Source of the DNA: Lingula anatina
Taxonomy: Eukaryota > Animalia > Brachiopoda
Direction: 5' to 3'
DNA length: 64,000 bases
Assembly: GCA_051362555.1 (NCBI GenBank)
Contig: CM120649.1
Coordinates: 14,756,001 to 14,820,000 of the forward strand
Shown: positions 12,501 to 23,166 of the stretch, piece by piece
How the letters are laid out: each line of letters opens with the position of its first letter
Numbering within the stretch: position 1 is the first letter of the stretch
Made by a program: the position numbers and the translations under genes
Notes under the pieces: generated by a model
Databases searched by the model: none
What the model was told of the DNA's origin: nothing
What the model saw: the letters and a program-made list of their open reading frames with translations, nothing else

Positions 12501-15500
12501 GACAACTATCCTTATGCAAAGTGGACTAGTCAAAAAATGCATGAATCATCAATTGAAGGTTAATTGCATGCAAATTCACATTAAACTCATTCGCATTAGG
12601 AGGTTCTCTGCACTAGTGGATTACAGAAAAGAAAAAAAAGTACTGTGAAAACATCAACTGGAGGACAATTACATGCATTTATGCAACATGGTGACTAAAT
12701 AAGTAAATTAGCATCCTTCTGTGAAATTAGTGTCTAGGGGAATAAGGCATCCATCTTACTTTGAAATCAGATACTAGGAGAAGAAACTTTTAAAGGACAC
12801 CATGATCTTAGTCATTATATGTCAGTAAAAAAAAATAGAATGAATCGGGAGGATTTTGCTGTTCTGTTAACAATGCTTCTCATGCACTCTTGCTATTTAA
12901 AGGCAAAGGATCAAACATGTCAATGCATTTATCCAGTTTGAACACTCAGGTGTTATAGTTTAGGGCACTCACACAGCTACAGGTATCTTGTTTAAAAGTT
13001 TGCTTAGAATTGGTCAAAATCCTCATTCACAGATAACATTACTTATGGATCATCAGTCTTGATTGCAATTAACATGTGGGTCCACATACAACAACAACAA
13101 CAAATTTGAAAGGCTAATTGCTGTTGACTTGGGTTGAATTTGATTGAAGACATGCTGTGGGGCATTGACTTAATTGCAAACAACACTGCTGACCTGGACT
13201 GACAAATGTAACACATGCCATGAAGTTGAAATGATACAGGGTAGCATAAGTTGTGAAAATGACTGATGCTCTGTAAGTAATATGTGTTGACAATGTAAAT
13301 CTAGACGTGTAAATGAGCTTAATGGAAATGGATCCTTGCTTTTTTTTCCATGAAAACTAATTTGATTGAACGAGTTCAACTGAGTTGTTGTTACACAGAC
13401 AGATTTCCTGGCTTTAGATGATATCAAATTTCCTGGTATATTTTCACGTCTTCATAAATCAATGCAAATGGTTTCATAAATGTCAATACTGTAAATGAAT
13501 TGTCATCCAGTTTTTTTTATTTTTTTGTTTAGATGAAAAACCTGTACGAGATTGATTGACTCTACAGGTATTGTGCTGAATACAATTATCTTTTCTTTAC
13601 TAGATCAAAAAAATCTTCCTATCTGACAAAATGTTCTAAGACTAATCAAATAAATTGTATTGCCTTGCCTTCATTGCAATTCATTTAGTTGGAAATTATT
13701 ATCAAAATTGATTGCCCGGGGATTTAGAGGGAGTATCATTTTCAAACTCTTCCAAATACATTGTTAATTGTCAAGTTATTTGCATTTAGGATACTGTGAC
13801 ATTTCTGACATGTGTATTATTATTTTATAGTGACGGCACATCAGCAGACAAAAACGTAAAAGTTTATTTTCCAGGTAACACTAAACATTCTGAATTTCAG
13901 TCTGATGTCCTGGTTCCTGTCAAATAAAGACCTAACTGTTTCACGAAAGTCTGGAGTTTGTGGGCTAAGCTTAGACTGCTAAAATTCGATAGCCAATAAC
14001 ACAAAGTCGGCTTTGTGACATTGGTCATGCTCCAAAATTATAATTTTAAATGGTTATCTCAAAATAAATATATTTGACCTGCCTCTAGCCTATGCCTGGG
14101 CAATACATTATTGTTACAGTACCATCAGTGTAGAAAAATAAATACCTCGATCAAGACATTCTGTCACAATGTGTTTGAGGAGTCACGGTGTAAGAGACCA
14201 AAAAAAAAGATAAGCGTCATTAAGATTCTTTCTGAAATGCAATTTTGTTGGTAAATTTTAAGTAAGCTAAGATTTTAGCCCAAAAAGTGACTTAAGATTT
14301 TTTGAGAACAGGCCCCAGCTGCAGGTGCTAGTGGCCATTTCAGTTTGACAGGTGACAGGTCTAGAACTCTTAGATTGTGAAAGTAGAGTTTTAAGATATT
14401 GCACTAAGTGTGAAATAGGAAAGACATGTACATGTTGTCTCACAGGAAGTACTAGTACCAATCAGAAACTTCACAGGTTAGAAATAAGACCCTGAAAATA
14501 CATATATAGCTGGTCAGGGTCCTGTAACTCATAAGCATTGCGATCGAGCGCAAACATCTCAATTCCATAACTCGCCCATACTTACCCCATATAATAGCCT
14601 CGAAATAAAAGGTGATATGCTATTTGCAATTCGTGATGCTTTCGAGTTACAGAGCCCAGGTCTGTAGGCAGTTCTAGAAGGAGAGAGATGGAAGGGGGAA
14701 AGGAACAAACTTCTGGCTGGAAAAAAATCTGCTCTGAACAAATATTTGATTTAGGCACTGTATGCCATTTCTAAAGTTAGGTCAGCTAAGAGGGGAAAAA
14801 GGTCCACATATACTCAGAAAAAGACCCCCAGCCTCCTTTTGAAATTGTAGCCTATAGGCTTGCATGCAGAATAAAATCAATCTATATCTAGGATTATACT
14901 GTACCAAAATTGGGACAAATGTGCAAGTAGAACATATGGATGTTATTGCTTAGGAGCAAATTATTTTACTTAAATATTAATAAGCTTTTCATGATAAAAA
15001 TGGTCTTCCATTGTAGACTGTCATCCTCTATGATAAGTTTTCAAAATTAGTGCAAGTTATATTAACAGAGTAGTATGATTTAAGTGGGACCAAGGAGTTA
15101 TAACTCCTTGGTGGGACTAAGGAAAAAATTAAGAATCAAAACTGGATAAAATATATAGGATGGCAATCTTTATTGTAAAAGTACTTCTGATCAAATAGTG
15201 ATCGTCTAGATTGAAGCCATAATTAATTTTCAAACTTGGCAAATTCATTATTGAGATCCTCTCATTTAGTTTCAATTTCCTGTGACATTTCAAGTCATAA
15301 CAAAGTAAAGATCTATACCATATCGTCATCCTGTGCCATAATTCTCTAACTCGCAAAACAGCTCCATTTCCCGGAGGAAAAATTGATTTTTCTTCAGACA
15401 AGTCATCCTGTTTTGCCGTCTGACTACATCCCCCATTGTTAATAGTGGTTTTCTATACAGGATCTTTTCCTTTGAAAAAGTCTGCAAAATTCAAATGAGG

Positions 15501-16685
15501 CCATTACTACAATGATGATACTTCAGGTTTTTCAAAGACATTTTGAAAAGTCTTTCCTTCATCGATAAAATTGGTTTTCCTTCTGAAAAATTTATTTCCG
15601 GTTTTGTTGTATGACAATTATGATTTAAGCATACAATTCGACTGTTGATGCCATATCTCAGAATATGTTTGCTTCACAGTCACTTTGTTTTCATATTTTT
15701 TGAGGGTCATATACCGGTACTTTGACAATTTCAACAGGGGTAATTAACAGGTGAAAATGTAGTTATCAAAAGAGCTGTGACTTTTTGGCCCTTTTCACTT
15801 ACAGAAGTACACTTAAAGAATTGTATTAAAAAGTCAAATTAAAATTGATCCAGTTCAGACCACTGCTCTTTAAGAGGTTGACTACTTAATTTCAATAGCT
15901 AGTGTGCCAATTTTACTTAAAAAAGTATCCTATGTGGAGCCTCATATTCGACATGGCCAATTAATTAACTTAATTAGGGCAGCAAGACATAGTGAACTAG
16001 AGCAGTAAAAAAATCGTGTTGCTAAGTATATGCAGTCATGTTAATGTACTGTATATATACTGATTGATGTAAAATGGGCCTTAATTTTTTTACTATGATT
16101 ATTGTAATTTTTTATATGACATGTTTTTTCTGGTAACATGTATGTACTCATTATACCTATCTTCTTGTAAAGTATAGACCACGTTTTGATTTTGGCTCTT
16201 TTTGTGAAACTGAATCCATAAAATAAAAATTGGACAATGATTTGTACATGAAGGTAGGCAGAGCTGTCCTAGCTGCGATCTGTTTTCGTCTAGAAGTAAA
16301 GCCATTCTGGAAGATGTACACTGGCCTAAAAAAGGCTTGTAATGACCGACACACACACACACACACACCCATTGGCATGGTAAAGAGACATAAGTCAGTC
16401 CATTTGTTAACCAGATTACAGATTAAACCCTTGCCAATAATCATAGAAAAAGAATGAAAGTAAAAGGCTATTGCTTCTGGCTTTTTTTTTGTCTAGATGT
16501 TGGCTATTACATGAAGTCATTTGGTATATCTGGGAGCTTTTGTGAAGACTATAAACCATCCTTTTGGGAGCAATTAGGGAAAGGAGATTGAAGCGTTAAT
16601 GTTTGATTTTTTCATCGCCGTCTGTTTGATTTGTCCGAGAAGAATGCTTGTCTGCTGAAGCTGAAATAGGCTTATTTATAAAATT

Positions 16686-16728
<43 letters not shown>

Positions 16729-17625
16729 TTAACAGAGCCATTCATTCATAAATTATGATAAACAGGAGAATTTTGAAAAGTGCAAATTCTCTACAAATTC
16801 TTATAATTAAAATCAGCTACAGTGCAGTCTTAAATTCACATCCATCAGACAGGATTGGATTATCTTAATTATATTTCTAAACAACTGAATTTGGACAGTT
16901 GGTTCTTGTGTACTTAACTTCTTAGCCTTCCCATGTCCTAGCATCAGGGCATTGAAGCTATTTACCAGAGTTGAATTATGACTGTAATTAAATTGATAAT
17001 CCTATCAATCAGTCGATAATCAATGTCATTTTATTAGGATAGGTAAGGCATAGTGTACTTTGCTAAATGGGGTGAATACATATTAGGAGTTTAGGGGTCT
17101 CTGTAAGTGCAATTAGTACCTAATTAGATAAAAAAGTCAATGGTTTGGGGATGGAACTAAGACTGGTGGTGAAATGAAAATTAATTTAATATTTGCATTT
17201 TTTTTTTGTAATTTAAGTAATAATAATTCATTATATGACCAAGAGGTTGAAGTTCTACATTTTGTAGTATCAAAACAATGGAATAATGAAAATCTTGAAA
17301 AGAATTATGCGATTATAATTATACTTGAATTTAATAAATTATTCTTATATGTGATTTTAAAAAGGGCAGTTATTTGTGGTAATCTCTTTAAATATTACTC
17401 ATGTAAACATAAAATTATATCTTTGAAAAAAGCTGACTGAGTAAAATACATGTAATCAAGTAATAATTTTTTTTATCATTTCAGTTCAGACAAGTGACCC
17501 ACTGTTTCAGTGTGATTTTGGGCTGAGGTTGAATGTCACAGTGAAGACCCAGAATTGTGTCAAAACAGGGGACAGCACTGCGTGTTCAGGGCGGGGACAG
17601 TGTGTCACGTATAGGACACAGGTAG

Positions 17626-17660
<35 letters not shown>

Positions 17661-20600
17661 AAAATAGAGAGAGACTTTCCAGGCCTGTAGCCAGGGGGGG
17701 TTCGGGGGGTTCAAAAGAACCACCCTTTTTGCTGGGAGAAGGTCCACTCTGGGTAAAATTTGATATAGGTACATGAAGTTTTTATGGAAAAAGGTCTACT
17801 TTTTCAGAAAAAGAACCCCCCTTATGAAATTGCTGGCTACGGGCCTGCTTTCCTAATCAGTTACTTTTAGTGGAGGGAGAGGAAGGGAAATATACCATAT
17901 AGTCGAGCAGAAGGATGAAAACACAGAGGCAGGCAGGTGTGCATACATATAAACAGACAGACAGGCATATTGAAAAGCAAACAGTCAAAATTTTAAAAAA
18001 TTAATTTCTTAATTCTAAAATCTTGAGAAAGGAGCATTAAAGAAGAAAATCACAGAATATAACTGCATGTGTAAGGTGGAAATAGAATGTCTAGGACTTT
18101 TGGAGAGATAGAATTGGATTGTTCTGAAATACGTGCTTCATATGAAACATCTCTCTTCAAACTGTTTATAAAATGACATATTGACAGCAAGCACATGCTT
18201 CTCCCTAGAAACAAGAGTCTGACTCCATCTGCCTATATTATAGGGATATTACCATTTGTTCGTGTATTTGAAGTGCTTGTAAAAGCTGCAGTGCTCATGG
18301 GTATAATAATAATTGCATTGGTGAATACTAAAGTCTATTGGGATCATATTGTTAGGGATGTAGTTACTATAAATTAATTGCTTCATCATGGTAATGTGTT
18401 TCTGGCTTTGAAAGTCTAGCAATAGGAGGCATGAAGAATAATTTTGGGATTGGGACTCTATATACAGTATATAGAAAAACAATCTGTGAGAAATCACACC
18501 TAAATTCTTAGATAAGATTTTATTCCGAGGTAGTAAAGGCCATTGATTAACTCCCTGCCTCTCTTCCCCCCCCCCTCCCAAACATACAGTGCCCCTTAAT
18601 TTTTCAAATTTTTAGAATTTCATGATTAAATCATTTTGGGACTTGGGTTTTCTTTCTCTGTCTGTCTCTCTCTCTCTCTGATGCACACACATTTTTTTCC
18701 CAGCGGAATTGTAGGTCCACCCCATGCTACTGAAGGGAAGAAAAAAATCATGGAGTCAAGAGGATTGTCATCATGAATGCCACATAAACATTGCACCATT
18801 GTTTAAGAATGTAAATTGAAGCAGGGATAGGATAGTGATTTGACTCTTACTTATAGTCATCTTTTCTCCTTCTTTGGCAGTCTGGATTTGCCAGTAGCTA
18901 CATGTAGATTGCAAAGCTAAGTCACAAAGCCAAAACAGGTTCACAAAGCCAAGGCAGAGTTTCCAGTAGAGATTTTTAATTAGAGAGTTCTAATTAGTAA
19001 GTTGTGGTTGCCATTAAATTCACTGCCTTTAGGTTGTTTGTTTCAAAATTGGGTTATTGGGGTCCATTATTGTTTGGCACTTCTTCCCAGCACCATTATT
19101 GTGTTATTTTGGCAAGAGGTTTCCACGTGTTCATTATATGAAGGCATCGCTCCAAATTCCCTGTTTGTTCGACACTTTTTCACTGCATTTAATTTAGTTC
19201 ACATCCAATGTGGTTACTACATTGCAGATGTGAACAAAGATTAATAATATTACCCAAAAGTCACCTGTGAGACACACTTGCCCTGATCCTTTTTAGAGTT
19301 CATGGACTTTTTTCAAATGAAATGTTTTAGTTGGTGGCAGTATTCCAAGATGGTGATAAAAAAAAAGCGCTGATGAAAACACTCTGAAAATACTGAAAAT
19401 GCAAACAGTGCATTTTAGTCACCTTTTACTATTTTGGGAAAATTGGTCTTGTGAAAAGGTTAATGTCTTTTCATTTAGAAGTATGAGAAGCACTGGTAGA
19501 CTACAGATTCAAATTGATTTTATTACTGCCTGTAATTGTCAATTTAGTATTTGTATATATTCAATATAGAAACCTTTAATTCAATTCTTGATTACTACAT
19601 CAAGAAATACATTCAATCAGGGCTGATCTGCCCTTACCATGAGTTTGGTTCCACTGCCAGCTAAGAATGATCTTGTTTACCTACATAACCTTTTGGCCTT
19701 CAGTTTGTGAGTCTAAAATGGCTAACAGTCTTGCAAAAAAATGAGAAGTCGACCACATTGCCTGTTTTGTAATTTTGTTGCAACCACTCAAGACAGTATG
19801 GATTATAAGAATGATCTAATTTTAAGATTAAATAATGACTTAAAATACAGTATCTGTAAAGTTCACAATTTTCACTCCACTGAATAGATCCAGTAATTAC
19901 CGTACTTCCAGATCTCTACAATAAAGTTCTGACTGATTAAATGTCATACTGGAACTGAGTAATGTTGCATGATCAGGATGGTGTGGCTATCTCTGGGGTC
20001 CTCTGGTTCAAGAGTTGGCTTTATACCAGAGGGCAAAACTGAGATCGGTGACAAATAAATGCAAGCGAGGGTTCTTAATTTTGTTGGCAGACTTTGAACA
20101 GTCATGCACTTTGTACTATACTGTTTTTTTTTCAATCTGTATTACGTTATTCATAGTGCAACTGGAAATGAAAAAGACGTGTTGTTTTTGAAAATTATTT
20201 CTGTGCTCCATTAAGTTGAGAAAATGGTCTTATGATTCCCTTGTGGATTAAAAACTGAGAGTGTATCACACAAGTGGTAAACCATTGCTTTATATCATCA
20301 CAGTTATACATCTCCATTTTTTTATTCCTAATTCTGATTATAGAGCCATTGCATTAAATGTCATTTTGCTATTTTATTTGTTGATTAGGCTGATTTGCTT
20401 GTGCTGACTCATATTTTTGGACAAAGATTGTTGTTGCACGTTGCTTAATGTTAGAGCTTTATACTGCTAGGTATGTGTGTCTGTGTGTACGTGTGTGTGC
20501 ATGTATGTGTACATGTGTACGTAAGACCCCATTTCCAGAGATTAGATCGATCTACTTTATATCGACCTAACTCCCTGGGGGTTCACGCTAAATAGCCGTC

Positions 20601-21667
20601 AGCCAGGCGGACACGAAAGTTAATTACCCCCTTACAGCTTGTAGTAGGCGGGACGGACATTTAAGCCGGATTATCTGACAGTAATCTAGTGAGACTCCCC
20701 GCGGGGATAGATCGATCTAAAAGCTCTGGGAATACAACCTATGTGTACATGTGTGTATATATAATATGGTGGTGTGAACATGTGCATATGTATAAAATGG
20801 TTGCGTGTAAACGTGTGTTATATATGTGTTTGTGTTTGTGTGCATGTATTTATGAGTGTATGCATGTGAGATACATGTACAACTGTACACATGCACATGA
20901 TCCATGCTTTTGTCTAGTAGATACTAGTACAGTAACAGATGGTTGACTCTGAGTATGAAAAATCATGCAAAATATGTTGTGCATGTATAACATTGATGTC
21001 AAATAGAGGTGTATGCATCACACAAGCACTCATGTTTGAAACAGGAACAAATTAAATATCATGGTTTGATCATTGGCGGAAAACTGTTGCACGTTCAATT
21101 TGCAAAAAAGCTTACAGCTTTTGGTGTAATTTGAATTAGGTACAATTTAATCTTCTTTGATCTTTTCAAGAGTATACCAGAAGCAATTCATGTAGCTATC
21201 TTTCATCCTCAAGTGTAGCCTCTAAGGATTTCTTTGCTATTAACTTTACATTACTGTATTTTCTAGGAACATTTGCAGGGAATTACACAAGAGAATTATA
21301 GGATGTGTGTGACCAGCCATGCAGAGAGAGATCTAGGGATAGATGTGTTTTCTTTCCTTTTTTGAATTTTTTTTCAGGGAATGGTGGGCAGAGAGGATAC
21401 AAATGAAACACAATTAAAGGATATATATATATATATATATAATTTATTTTGAGGGACAGGTTGGAAAGGAAATGCAGATAAATGGTTTGCAACTTGAGAT
21501 AATCAGTATTTTTGTATGTGTTCCATTTAATTTTTTCATAAAATGAAATTTGGTTACATACTTTTTGGAACAGAAGCTTCATGTGGCTGTACATGTCATG
21601 GAAAATTATATTTTCCTGCAGGTGTAATCAAATCCAATCTTTCACCCTCTTTCTCGAGTTTTTTTTT

Positions 21668-21737
<70 letters not shown>

Positions 21738-23109
21738 GGGGTGTGGGGGGGGGGAGGGGAGAGGAGGTAGTGGGAAGGGCGAGGCACTCATTAAATCATT
21801 AACTGTCGAACCCTCTAGAGAAAGCAGTGTGTATAATGATGATGAAATAAAGTCTGTGAGATGATCCCCCAGGTATTACAAGATGTAACTGCATCCATCA
21901 CTATAAATATTTCATAATCCTAATTTCTTATTTTATTCCCAGGGTGACCACATTTGCTACTTCTTATCTGTGACTGCGACAGTGATAGCAATTACCCTCT
22001 TTCTTTTGTCCTCAGGCGCTGTATCAATGTAGGTGTTGCCACGGTTTCTCGGGGGATTTCTGTGATGATCTAGACGCATGTGTCAGTAACCTGTGCCAAA
22101 ACAATGCCACCTGCGAAGATCTTCATAATGATCCAACAGGGACTCATTTTCGGTGCAGTTGCCCTAAAGGTATCCTGTAAAGAAATTCTTAGTTTTCCCC
22201 TTAGAAATAAGCATCCTCATTAATAATGTGTCTAGCAAGCTCTTGCCAAACAGTTAATGAAAGTGTTTCGACTCCACCTGCTTTGGTTGTTTCACCTTCT
22301 CTTTTAGCCAGGACATGGTTAGGCTAGTTCTTTAAACATTTTTTGATCTGGGATAAGATTAGAATTAGTTTTCATAAGAGGATAAAATCCTATGAGATTG
22401 AAGCAAGGTCTGATCTATTGCCCAATTAAAAAATATATTTTGTTACTTAGTGTAACACTTATGTTTCAAACTGGTTAGAACATTATCATGTTTCATATTT
22501 TTTCTAGGGTATATTGGAGATTTATGTGAACATAAGTTAGAAAATCCTTGCGACAGTTCACCATGTGCTAACAATGGCTCATGCACTCCAAATGAGCTTA
22601 ATTATGCATGTGCATGCATGCCAGGATACAGCGGGGACCATTGTGAGGTGGAGATTAATGAGTGCGACAGCAGTCCTTGCAAGCACGGAATATGTGTGAA
22701 CGAAATTGGAGGATACCAGTGCTTCTGTATTCCAGGTACCTTTTGTTTTGTAGCAAAATACAAATATTTCAACAAATTGTAAAGAAAATTGTATAGAAAA
22801 TTAATTAATAATTCTATTTTTTGCTAAAGAAAACCATCTTAGTATTTGGCAACACTTTGAACTCATAGAGTTACCAAAAAAGATACATTCTGTAAAATGG
22901 TTAGAAGATTATAAATTGATAAGTGTTATTTCATATATGTATTCAATATTTCAGGTCATGGTGGGAAACACTGTGACATCGAGTACAACGAGTGCCAGTC
23001 CAACCCATGTAAGAACTCGGGGTTCTGTGTAGACAAGGTCAACGACTTTGAGTGCGAGTGTGGGCCAGGATACAGGGGCAAGGATTGTTCTGAGAAGGTG
23101 ATAGTCTGA

Positions 23110-23166
<57 letters not shown>

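Noticed and set aside
21543-21864. VCVCVC/THTHTH ORFs (and ERERER ORFs elsewhere)
   Set aside because: Translations of dinucleotide microsatellites
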